Part shown: positions 19,449 to 28,312 of the stretch, piece after piece
Layout: the number at the start of each line of letters is the position of its first letter
How positions within the stretch are numbered: the first letter of the stretch is position 1
Source of the DNA: an uncultured Eubacteriales bacterium
GTDB taxonomy: Bacteria > Bacillota > Clostridia > Oscillospirales > Acutalibacteraceae
Direction of reading: 5' to 3'
Assembly: GCA_964539045.1 (NCBI GenBank)
Contig: CAZIHW010000117.1
Location: 17,230-81,229 of the forward strand
Length of the DNA stretch: 64,000 bases
Made by a program: the position numbers and the translations under genes
The notes under the pieces: generated by a model
Told to the model about the DNA's origin: nothing
The model's database searches: none
Seen by the model: the letters and a program-made list of their open reading frames with translations, nothing else

Positions 19449-20057
19449 ATGATGAAGAAGAAAAATCCCATTTCGGCGCGATCAAAAAGATTGATTACGG
19501 AGGCTCTCCTATCAATAATGGAAGAAGAACCGTTCTCTAAAATATCTATACGGGATATTGTTGAGAAAGCCGGTCTTACCCGTCAAACCTTCTATCACAA
19601 CTTTGACTCCAAAGAGGCAGTTGTTTTACATAAGCTGGACGAACTGTTTGAGGAATACTTCCAGTTTCTTGTTGACAATAGGGTCACAAAACTCGAAGAT
19701 GTTATATGGCTTTATTTCAGATTTTGGCAAAAGAATGATAGTTTTATAAAAATACTCATGAAGAACAATCTTGTTTATCTTTTGGAGATAAGATATCCGG
19801 AATACTTTAAATTGGTACAGATGGTTTACCTCAGAGATGTTTCATTGAGTGAACATGAATGTGAATATGCATATGCATTTGTATGCGGAGCTATAATAAA
19901 TCTGCTTGTAACATGGGTTAGGAGCGGAGAGATAATGACCCCAAAGGAAATGTCTGTATTTATAATGGATATAGTAGACGGAAAGCTTTATGATACAAGC
20001 ATTTCCAAAGTAGAGGCCGAGAAGAGGATTGACAATATAATTGAGGTAATGAAATGA
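19449..20057 (+). CDS. TetR/AcrR-family transcriptional regulator
   Basis: N-terminal HTH FSKISIRDIVEKAGLTRQTFYHNFDSKE. The ATG at 19449 follows GAGGTG. Confidence 0.75.
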   Translation: MMKKKNPISARSKRLITEALLSIMEEEPFSKISIRDIVEKAGLTRQTFYHNFDSKEAVVLHKLDELFEEYFQFLVDNRVTKLEDVIWLYFRFWQKNDSFIKILMKNNLVYLLEIRYPEYFKLVQMVYLRDVSLSEHECEYAYAFVCGAIINLLVTWVRSGEIMTPKEMSVFIMDIVDGKLYDTSISKVEAEKRIDNIIEVMK

Positions 20058-20132
20058 CCTGTCAATTTAAATAATATGTCGTAAAATAATAAGATTTAAG
20101 GTGGTTAGGGATCTCTCTGATCACCTTTTTTC

Positions 20133-20162
20133 TTGACAATAATATGTATATAGTTATAAAAT
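20133..20162 (+). promoter_or_regulatory. Probable sigma-A promoter of rny
   Basis: TTGACA, an 18-nt spacer and TAAAAT, about 100 nt upstream of the rny start. Confidence 0.5.
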
Positions 20163-20260
20163 ATTATGGATAATGTGGTGCTTTGTTTTTTGTTTGTTTT
20201 TCTCTCTGAAAACTTTTCAAAAAAACTTTTAATATCACAAATTTTATAAGGAGGTGTATT

Positions 20261-21817
20261 TTGACTTTGGATAAAATTGCAATAGTGCTTATTATTGTAG
20301 CAGCCGTAGTTTTCGGCATAGCCGGTTTCCTTGCCGGTCAGGCTTACAGAAAGAAAGTAGCAGAAGCCGCCATCGGTTCAGCAAACCAGGAAGCTACAAG
20401 AATTATAAATCAGGCTATGACAACAGCCGAACAAAAGAAAAAAGAAGCAGTTTTAGAAGCTAAAGATGAAATTCACAAGCAACGTTCGGAGACAGAACGT
20501 GATCTCAGAGAACGGCGTTCAGAGGTACAGAGGCAGGAACGTCGTATTATACAGAAAGAGGAAGCTATAGACAAAAAGGTAGAGACTCTTGAAAGGAAAG
20601 AGGAAGTTCTCAATCAAAAGATTAAGACAGCCGATGAAAAACTTGAAGAGATTGACACTGTAAAAAAGAGCCAACTCGAGATGTTGGAAAAAATTTCAGG
20701 ATATTCAAAAGAACAGGCAAAGGCATTCCTGCTCCAACAGCTTGAAGATGATCTTGAACACGAAAAAGCAGTACGTGTTCTTGATTATAAGGAAAGAGTT
20801 AAGGAAGAATCAGAAGAACTCGCGAAAGAAATCATAACTACCGCTATTCAGCGCTGCGCCGCAGATCATGCGGCTGAGGCAACGGTTTCGGTTGTTCCGC
20901 TCCCGAACGATGAGATGAAGGGACGAATTATAGGACGCGAGGGAAGAAACATAAGAGCCATCGAAACTATAACAGGCGTAGATTTAATTATTGATGACAC
21001 TCCTGAGGCTATCACCATCTCATGCTTTGATCCTGTAAGGAGAGAGGTGGCAAGACTCACTCTCGAAAGACTTGTACAGGATGGACGTATTCATCCTGCA
21101 AGAATAGAGGAAACGGTTGAGAAATGTAAGCGTGAGGTAGAGCAGACAATTAAGCAGACCGGTGAGAGGGCTGTTCTGGATGCGGGTGTAAACGGTATCC
21201 ATCCTGAGCTGATTAAGCTTCTCGGAAGGCTCAAGTATCGTACCAGTTACGGACAAAATGTTTTAAACCATTCCCTTGAGGTTTCTTATATTGCCGGACT
21301 TATTGCTGCTGAAATCGGTGCTGATGTCAAGCTTGCTAAGAGGGCAGGTTTGCTTCACGATATCGGAAAGTCAATAGACCACGAATATGATGGAACCCAT
21401 GTTCAATTAGGCGTTGAATTTGCCAAGAAGTACAAAGAAAATGATGCGGTAATTCATGCTATTCAGGCACATCATAATGATGTAGAACCAAAGACTGTTG
21501 TAGCTTGCATAGTACAGGCAGCAGATGCTATATCTGCCGCCAGGCCGGGTGCCCGCAGGGAGAATATTGAAAACTATATTAAGAGACTCGAAAAACTTGA
21601 AGAGATAGCGACCTCTTTTGAAGGTGTAGAGACATCCTTTGCAATCCAGGCAGGCCGTGAGGTAAGAATTATGGTTAAGCCGGAAGCTGTTTCTGACGAC
21701 AAGATGGTGCTTATAGCTCACGATGTTGTTAAGAAAATTGAAGAGGAGCTCGAATATCCGGGTCAAATCAAAGTACATGTTGTAAGAGAAAGTCGCGCTA
21801 TAGATTACGCAAAGTAA
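20261..21817 (+). CDS. rny: Ribonuclease Y
   Basis: N-terminal TM segment, long coiled coil, KH domain ([15 protein letters not shown]) and HD domain (LLHDIGK). TTG start after AAGGAGG. Confidence 0.93.
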   Translation: MTLDKIAIVLIIVAAVVFGIAGFLAGQAYRKKVAEAAIGSANQEATRIINQAMTTAEQKKKEAVLEAKDEIHKQRSETERDLRERRSEVQRQERRIIQKEEAIDKKVETLERKEEVLNQKIKTADEKLEEIDTVKKSQLEMLEKISGYSKEQAKAFLLQQLEDDLEHEKAVRVLDYKERVKEESEELAKEIITTAIQRCAADHAAEATVSVVPLPNDEMKGRIIGREGRNIRAIETITGVDLIIDDTPEAITISCFDPVRREVARLTLERLVQDGRIHPARIEETVEKCKREVEQTIKQTGERAVLDAGVNGIHPELIKLLGRLKYRTSYGQNVLNHSLEVSYIAGLIAAEIGADVKLAKRAGLLHDIGKSIDHEYDGTHVQLGVEFAKKYKENDAVIHAIQAHHNDVEPKTVVACIVQAADAISAARPGARRENIENYIKRLEKLEEIATSFEGVETSFAIQAGREVRIMVKPEAVSDDKMVLIAHDVVKKIEEELEYPGQIKVHVVRESRAIDYAK

Positions 21818-21876
21818 AATTATAATGGGGCAGGATGTTTTCTGTCCCATATTTTTCTTATGGAAAGGCCATTTGT

Positions 21877-22656
21877 ATGAAAATACTTTGTATCGGAGAT
21901 GTTGTCGGAAGCAACGGGCTTGAATTTTTAAGAAAAGTATTACCGGATCTCAAGAGAGATGAAAAGATAGATGTTTGTATAGTTAACGGTGAAAATTCTT
22001 TTGACGGTAACGGGATAACTCCGCAAAGCTGTAAGCATATATATACAAGCGGAGCGGATGTGATCACCACAGGTAATCATGCTTATAAAAACAGAAATAT
22101 ATATGACTATTTTGACAAGGATGAATTTCTCATAAGGCCCGCAAACTTTCCGGAAAACAATCCGGGCAGGGGTTTTTGTGTTTTGGACAAAGGCAAGGTA
22201 AAGATTGGAATAATAAACATGATGGGAACCATGTATCTTGCTGCTTTAGATAATCCTTTTTTTAAGATGGATGAATTGCTCAGAAAAGAAGAAATAAGGG
22301 ATTGTAAGATAGTGATTGTGGACTTCCACGCTGAGGCTACGTCTGAAAAGAGAGCCATGGGCTTTTATCTCGACGGGCGCGTATCGGCGCTGTTCGGAAC
22401 ACATACGCATGTTCAAACTTCCGATGAACAGATTTTGCCGGGCGGAACCGGATATATAACGGATATCGGTATGACCGGCCCCATGCAATCTGTTTTGGGC
22501 GTAAGTCCGCAAATAATTATTGATAAGTTCAAGTATAATATGCCGGAGAGGTTTAATTTTGAATCGGGCAGGGCCTTTTTAGGAGGCTGTATATTTGATA
22601 TAGATGAAAAAACCGGAAAAACCGTGGGAGTAGAACGGGTTCTTGTAGAGGAGTGA
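21877..22656 (+). CDS. ymdB: YmdB-family metallophosphoesterase (2',3'-cyclic nucleotide phosphodiesterase-like)
   Basis: MKILCIGDVVGSNG...VNGEN...GNH...DFHAEATSEK motifs and conserved rny-ymdB synteny. Confidence 0.85.
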   Translation: MKILCIGDVVGSNGLEFLRKVLPDLKRDEKIDVCIVNGENSFDGNGITPQSCKHIYTSGADVITTGNHAYKNRNIYDYFDKDEFLIRPANFPENNPGRGFCVLDKGKVKIGIINMMGTMYLAALDNPFFKMDELLRKEEIRDCKIVIVDFHAEATSEKRAMGFYLDGRVSALFGTHTHVQTSDEQILPGGTGYITDIGMTGPMQSVLGVSPQIIIDKFKYNMPERFNFESGRAFLGGCIFDIDEKTGKTVGVERVLVEE

Positions 22657-22660
22657 GAGA

Positions 22661-24094
22661 ATGAATATGCTAAAACGCGCTTTTTCGCTGTTACTTGCGC
22701 TTATACTCATCTTATCCTTTACTGCATGTGATGAAAGTGAGAAGGTAGACAAGCCGGGAAAAAAAGTAACTACTTCATCCAAAGAAGCAGAGGACGTAAA
22801 GCTTCCGTATTCGCGTGAGGATGGTGTTAACCCGTTCACCGCTAAAAGTCTGATGAACAATGCCATTGTTCCGCTGATGTATAACGGATTATTCAGGCTT
22901 TCGGCAAACTACGAGGCAAAGCCGGACATAGCAAAGGATATCCGTAAAGAAAAAACTGATTTGATCGTTTCAATTGATACAACCGCCAAATTCAGCAACG
23001 GGGACAGGATAACGGCAGACGACGTAGTTTACTCTTATAACATGGCTAAATCGTCTCTTTACTACGGTACTATGCTTGGCAGCATCAGTGGTATTTCAGC
23101 GGCTGATCCTTACACGGTTGTTTTCTCTACGGCGACTGAAAATAATTACGGTGCTTCATTGCTCACCTTCCCCATAGTAAAGCAACATTCCGCACAGGAA
23201 TCATCTGTGCCTATAGGGGCAGGACCATACGTGTACTCGGCAAACGCGGATGGCGGAATACTGAGCAGGAATAAGTACTATTCTTCCAAACAGTACAAAG
23301 CAGAAAAAATTGAACTTGAGAATATGTCGGATTCCGAAACACTTATGCACAGTCTTGTTATAGGAAATGTTGATGCGGTTTTCGACGATTTGAGTAAGGG
23401 TAAGTCACAGAGGATAAATGCATCGTCCGTTCAAGTGGATCTGAACAATCTGATCTTTTTGGGCATAAATCAAAGCGGACCTTTTTCCGATGCAAATATC
23501 CGTCTTGCTTTAAGTCACATTATTGACAGGGAGACCTTGTTGAGTTCAGGCTTCGAAGGTTACGGTACGATTTCGCAATACCCATTTAATCCGCTGTGGA
23601 AGGAAACTGCCGGTCTTAAACCGGATAAGTTCTCAAAAGAAGACGAGGAGGCTTTGTTGGGACAGGCATTGTCCGGATATACGATTAACGTTCTCGTTAA
23701 TTCTGAAAATAATTTCAAAGTAAAATTTGCGGAAGAACTCTGTTCGCAGCTTAATAAGCTTGGCATTGAGACAAAAATAACTTCCGTTCCGTTTGAAACA
23801 TATTCAAGTAATGTTTCCGCAGGACAATACAATTTATATGTAGGTGAATACAAGCTTTCCGCCGATATGAATATATCCCAACTGATTTCAGATGAAACTT
23901 TGAGAGCGGAGTATTATGAATTTCTGGCGGGCAATATAACAATAGAAGATTTTATGGAGTCATTCGACAGTGCATTGCCATTTATACCTGTCGGATTCAG
24001 AACAGGAATACTTGCATATTCCAGATCTATAGAAACGGTAGTAAAACCGTCCCCGGGCAATGTATTTTCTAATTTGACAGAATGGGTTATTTAA
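22661..24094 (+). CDS. Lipoprotein, ABC-transporter substrate-binding protein family 5-like (no permease genes adjacent)
   Basis: Lipobox LSFTAC. Family-5 SBP-like features (PIGAGPYVY). It is orphan in this context. Confidence 0.65.
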   Translation: MNMLKRAFSLLLALILILSFTACDESEKVDKPGKKVTTSSKEAEDVKLPYSREDGVNPFTAKSLMNNAIVPLMYNGLFRLSANYEAKPDIAKDIRKEKTDLIVSIDTTAKFSNGDRITADDVVYSYNMAKSSLYYGTMLGSISGISAADPYTVVFSTATENNYGASLLTFPIVKQHSAQESSVPIGAGPYVYSANADGGILSRNKYYSSKQYKAEKIELENMSDSETLMHSLVIGNVDAVFDDLSKGKSQRINASSVQVDLNNLIFLGINQSGPFSDANIRLALSHIIDRETLLSSGFEGYGTISQYPFNPLWKETAGLKPDKFSKEDEEALLGQALSGYTINVLVNSENNFKVKFAEELCSQLNKLGIETKITSVPFETYSSNVSAGQYNLYVGEYKLSADMNISQLISDETLRAEYYEFLAGNITIEDFMESFDSALPFIPVGFRTGILAYSRSIETVVKPSPGNVFSNLTEWVI

Positions 24095-24139
24095 TATAAA
24101 ATTTTTTATCAAGAAAGCCTTGTAAAGGTTGGTGTTAAT

Positions 24140-24493
24140 ATGGTATCTTTCGAGAATCCTTTAGGAAAAATAGAGATAAGTGAGACTTACTTTTCCCAGC
24201 TTTTGGGAAGTGTTGTACCTACGTGCTTTGGGGTTGTGGGTATGTGTAACAGCAACACTTATCAGAATATAAGATCTTTCTTCCACAGGAAGCAGTATTA
24301 TCTAGATCAGGGCGTCAGCGTTCGCAGAGAAGAAGGCGGCCTTGTGGTAGAATTGCACATAGTAGTCACTTACGGGGTTAACATATCTGCGGTTGTGCAA
24401 AGTATTGTCAACAAGGTGCGTTATACTATAGAAAACGCTACCGGGCTTGACGTGAAGACAGTAAATGTATATGTAGATTCAATGATATCTTAA
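24140..24493 (+). CDS. Asp23/Gls24-family envelope stress protein
   Basis: 117 aa. Asp23-type pattern (GKIEISETYFSQL...VVGM...VDSMI). yloU-like position before the DAK2 gene. Confidence 0.8.
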   Translation: MVSFENPLGKIEISETYFSQLLGSVVPTCFGVVGMCNSNTYQNIRSFFHRKQYYLDQGVSVRREEGGLVVELHIVVTYGVNISAVVQSIVNKVRYTIENATGLDVKTVNVYVDSMIS

Positions 24494-24496
24494 GGA

Positions 24497-26167
24497 GTGC
24501 GCAGAATATTGATTACCGGTGCTTTATTGAGGGATGCCGTTATTTCAGCGGCAAACAATGTGACTAATCATAGACAAGAGGTAGATGCTCTTAACGTATT
24601 CCCTGTGCCTGACGGTGATACGGGAACAAATATGTGTATGACAATGGCTTCGGCCGGACGAGAACTTTCTCTGCTCCCGGACGATGTTACTGTCACCCGC
24701 GTTGCAGACGTTACTTCCTCGGCTATGCTCAGAGGAGCGAGAGGAAATTCGGGAGTTATACTGTCCCTTATATTCAGGGGTATATCCAAGGGCCTCAAAG
24801 GTAAAGAAGAAGCCGAACCGAGGGATATTGTTATAGCTCTCTCTTATGGCGTAGAGTCCGCATATAAGGCAGTTATGAAACCTACAGAGGGCACTATACT
24901 CACAGTGGTAAGGCTTGCTGCAAAGGCCGGAGCTGCTTATGGTACGGAGCATAAAAATGCGAATATAGCCAAGGTTTGGGAAAGCATTTGTATAGGAGCT
25001 GAGGAAGCATTGGCAATGACTCCGGAGCTTCTTCCTGTTCTGAAAAAAGCAGGTGTTATAGACTCCGGCGGAAAAGGCCTTGTCTATGCTTTTTACGGCA
25101 TGCTGTCCGTATTCAAGGACGGTAAAATAATTGCCGATGAGACGTCTGAAAATAAGGGTAATTCTTCTAATAACGAGAAAAAAACACTTAAGTACACATA
25201 CAGTACGGATTTGATTATAGATAAAGGAAACAAAGAAAAGGCTGATATAACCGGACTTAAAGCTTTCCTGAAATCCTCTGGTGGAGAGGTAAAACTCTCT
25301 GACAAGAACGGTATTATTACTATTCATGTAGCGACTAATGATCCCGGAAAGGTTATAACCGAGGCGCTTAAGTACGGTCAGCTTATAAAGTGTGATATAG
25401 AAAATCTAGTGAATACAAAAGGTGATATTCCGGAAACCGAAAAAGCGCAAAACACAAATGATGATTCGGATGGAGATGATAAGGACAGACTATCTCCGGC
25501 AGAACCCGTAAACGATGTGGGATTTGTTGCTGTTGCTGCGGGTGAAGGTCTCAGACAGACATTTAAAGAAATAGGGGCCGATCTTGTAGTGAGCGGCGGC
25601 CAGACTATGAATCCGAGCACGGAGGATATATTGAACGCTGTTGAGGCGACTCCGGCAAAGACAGTCTTTGTTTTGCCTAACAATAAAAACATAATTATGG
25701 CCGCTGAACAGGCTGCACCGCTGTCTTCAAGAAAGGTTATTGTATTGCCTACCAGAACAGTACCGCAGGGTATATCGGCAATGCTTAATTTTGATCCCGA
25801 TTCGACAGTAGAGGAAAATCACCTCAATATGAAAAAGGCTATAGATGGCGTAGGTACCGCTCAGGTTACTTTTGCGGCGCGGGATAGCCTGATAGACGGT
25901 CAGTCTGTTAAAGAGGGACAAATACTCGGGATGGAAAACGGTTCCATAACAGTCATAGAAGACGATATGGTGACTGCAGCTTACAAAATAACAAAGCACC
26001 TCTGCGGACGCAGAACGGAGATAGTTACTATCTTTTATGGAGAAGGGGCCACCAAAGAGGATGCCGAGAAGCTTCAGGGAATGCTTGCAGAGAAGTTTAA
26101 CAATATAGACTTTTCAATTATAAACGGAGGTCAACCGGTTTATCATTTCATAATTTCGGTTGAATAG
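24497..26167 (+). CDS. DAK2 domain-containing protein (YloV-like)
   Basis: The Dak phosphatase motif LNVFPVPDGDTGTNM, a length of 556 aa and asp23-yloV-recG synteny. The exact start codon is uncertain. Confidence 0.85.
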   Translation: MRRILITGALLRDAVISAANNVTNHRQEVDALNVFPVPDGDTGTNMCMTMASAGRELSLLPDDVTVTRVADVTSSAMLRGARGNSGVILSLIFRGISKGLKGKEEAEPRDIVIALSYGVESAYKAVMKPTEGTILTVVRLAAKAGAAYGTEHKNANIAKVWESICIGAEEALAMTPELLPVLKKAGVIDSGGKGLVYAFYGMLSVFKDGKIIADETSENKGNSSNNEKKTLKYTYSTDLIIDKGNKEKADITGLKAFLKSSGGEVKLSDKNGIITIHVATNDPGKVITEALKYGQLIKCDIENLVNTKGDIPETEKAQNTNDDSDGDDKDRLSPAEPVNDVGFVAVAAGEGLRQTFKEIGADLVVSGGQTMNPSTEDILNAVEATPAKTVFVLPNNKNIIMAAEQAAPLSSRKVIVLPTRTVPQGISAMLNFDPDSTVEENHLNMKKAIDGVGTAQVTFAARDSLIDGQSVKEGQILGMENGSITVIEDDMVTAAYKITKHLCGRRTEIVTIFYGEGATKEDAEKLQGMLAEKFNNIDFSIINGGQPVYHFIISVE

Positions 26168-26176
26168 GTAAGCATT

Positions 26177-28210
26177 ATGCTCTCATCAATTGATATAAAA
26201 TCTTTAAAAGGCGTTGGTGAAAAACGCGCCGAGTCGCTGTATGCACTCGGCGTGAATGACATCGACGCTCTTTTTCATTTTTATCCGAGAACCTATGAGG
26301 ATTGGAGCAATCCCGTTTCTATATCTGACGCACCGATTGATACAAAGTGCTGTATCAAAGCCACAGTTACGACAAGTGTTACCAGATGGAAAGCCAAGAG
26401 CAATATAATGATGTACAAGGCTACCGTTTGTGACAGCACCGGAGCTATACAGATCGTTATATTCAACAACAGATTTTCCGCCGCCAAACTTAAAATGGGA
26501 GAGGAATTTCTGTTTTTCGGTGCGGTAAGTATGAACGGAAGGCAAAAGCAGATGCTGTCCCCCTCCATTGAAAGGGTAGTGGGCAAACAAAAAATACGTC
26601 CCATATACAGGAGAACGGGCACACTCTCTTCAAATTACATAGAGAGCCTGATGTCTTCTGCCCTGGCAATTTACGGCGGGAGAATAAAGGACCCCTTGCC
26701 CGAGGAGATCAAAAAGCAATACAAACTTGCGAATCTTGAAGATGCCATTTTTGACATACATTTTCCAAGAACGGCCGCTGCATTGCAAAAGGCCAGAGAT
26801 AGGTTGATTTTTGATGAATTCTTAAATTTGCGATTGGGATTTGCTCTTATGCGGAGCGAAAACAGAAAAACCACAAATATGATAATAAAAACAGATTTTA
26901 CGGAGGAGTTTTACAAGAAACTACCTTTCGAGCCTACCTCCGCGCAAAGGAAATGTGTTAAGGCGGCAGTCGCTGACATGCAGTCGGGATTTTCTATGAA
27001 CCGACTTCTTCAGGGTGATGTGGGCTCAGGTAAGACGATGGTTGCAGCCGCCCTCTGTTACAATATGTGGAAGAACGGATACCAAAGTGCAATTATGGCT
27101 CCCACTGAGATCCTGGCAAATCAGCACTATGAAACAATGAAATCGTTTTTTGAAGGAACCGGAGCCGTTGTGGTGATTCTCACCGGGGGTATGTCCCCTA
27201 CAGAGAAACGAAAGGTATTGACCGAGATAGAAGATGGATCGGCTGATATAGTTATAGGTACACATTCACTCATTTATGACAATGTTAATTTTAAGGAACT
27301 CGGATTTGTTGTTACGGATGAGCAACACAGATTCGGTGTAAGACAGAGAGTAAAGCTTGCCTCAAAAGCTTGCGGCGCGCATGTTCTTGTAATGTCGGCA
27401 ACACCCATACCGAGAACCCTGGCCCTCTCCATATACGGAGACTTGGATGTTTCCGTCATAGATGAGCTACCCAAGGGACGTATACCTGTTGAAACTTACA
27501 AAATCGACAGTTTTATACGCATGAGAGCGTTTAACTATATAAAGAAGTTCCTTGATGAAGGCAGGCAGGGCTATATTGTGTGCCCGCTTGTTGAGGAGGG
27601 TGAGAGTGATAACCTGCTCTCGGCAACGGACTATTTTGACAGAATAAGTAAAAACGAGTTTAAGGATTATAAAGTCGGACTCCTGCATGGTAAGATGAAG
27701 CCGCAGGAAAAAGAATTTGTAATGGATGAGTTTGTTCACGGCAGAATACAGCTTCTTGTTACTACCGTGGTTATAGAGGTCGGTGTCGATGTACCGAACG
27801 CCGTAATAATGCTCATAGAAAATGCGGAGCGGTTCGGCCTTTCGCAGCTCCACCAATTAAGGGGAAGAGTGGGTAGAGGAAAATATAAATCAACCTGTAT
27901 ATTGCTTTCCGACAATGATAACGAGATTACTGAGAAAAGGCTTAAGACCATGTGTGCTACGAATGATGGTTTTGAAATAGCAAAGACGGATCTCAAAATA
28001 AGGGGACCGGGCGAATTTTTCGGTTCCATGCAGCATGGATTACCCAATTTGAAGATAGCAGATATGTCAGATGATGTAGATGTTTTAACTCTTGCCAATG
28101 AGGCCGCGGATAATTTGCTGAAAAGGGACCCTGATCTAAGCTCCGAGGAGAATACATTGCTGAGAGAAAATGCATGCAAATTGTTCATGAATGTTGCGTC
28201 ATCATGTTAG
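26177..28210 (+). CDS. recG: ATP-dependent DNA helicase RecG
   Basis: Wedge domain plus SF2 helicase motifs (GDVGSGKT, DEQHRFG, SATPIPRT, QLHQLRGRVGRG). Confidence 0.93.
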   Translation: MLSSIDIKSLKGVGEKRAESLYALGVNDIDALFHFYPRTYEDWSNPVSISDAPIDTKCCIKATVTTSVTRWKAKSNIMMYKATVCDSTGAIQIVIFNNRFSAAKLKMGEEFLFFGAVSMNGRQKQMLSPSIERVVGKQKIRPIYRRTGTLSSNYIESLMSSALAIYGGRIKDPLPEEIKKQYKLANLEDAIFDIHFPRTAAALQKARDRLIFDEFLNLRLGFALMRSENRKTTNMIIKTDFTEEFYKKLPFEPTSAQRKCVKAAVADMQSGFSMNRLLQGDVGSGKTMVAAALCYNMWKNGYQSAIMAPTEILANQHYETMKSFFEGTGAVVVILTGGMSPTEKRKVLTEIEDGSADIVIGTHSLIYDNVNFKELGFVVTDEQHRFGVRQRVKLASKACGAHVLVMSATPIPRTLALSIYGDLDVSVIDELPKGRIPVETYKIDSFIRMRAFNYIKKFLDEGRQGYIVCPLVEEGESDNLLSATDYFDRISKNEFKDYKVGLLHGKMKPQEKEFVMDEFVHGRIQLLVTTVVIEVGVDVPNAVIMLIENAERFGLSQLHQLRGRVGRGKYKSTCILLSDNDNEITEKRLKTMCATNDGFEIAKTDLKIRGPGEFFGSMQHGLPNLKIADMSDDVDVLTLANEAADNLLKRDPDLSSEENTLLRENACKLFMNVASSC

Positions 28211-28242
28211 CCTGACAGCGCGAATTTGAATCGTCAGGCTAG
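28207..28242. repeat. REP-like palindromic element, copy B (archetype)
   Basis: Sequence TTAGCCTGACAGCGCGAATTTGAATCGTCAGGCTAG. The 9-bp arms TAGCCTGAC/GTCAGGCTA flank a 16-nt loop. The left arm contains the recG stop codon. Confidence 0.55.
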
Positions 28243-28247
28243 TTTAC

Positions 28248-28276
28248 TTGACATGTGGTTACAGAAAAGTTATAAT
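28248..28276 (+). promoter_or_regulatory. Consensus sigma-A promoter of the M23 peptidase gene
   Basis: TTGACA (28248-28253), a 17-nt spacer and TATAAT (28271-28276). Confidence 0.7.
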
Positions 28277-28298
28277 TGGTTACAAATTGTAACCAATT
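28274..28298. promoter_or_regulatory. Perfect 25-bp palindrome (operator or 5'-UTR stem) overlapping the -10 element and +1
   Basis: AATTGGTTACAA-A-TTGTAACCAATT has 12-bp perfect arms and lies immediately before the RBS GAGGAGG. An extra GGTTACA sits in the promoter spacer. Confidence 0.6.
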
Positions 28299-28312
28299 GA
28301 GGAGGTTCTCAT

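Noticed and set aside
24545-25327. 260-aa ORF antisense to the DAK2/YloV gene
   Set aside because: Shadow ORF inside a confidently identified gene. It has no recognisable motifs or translation signals.
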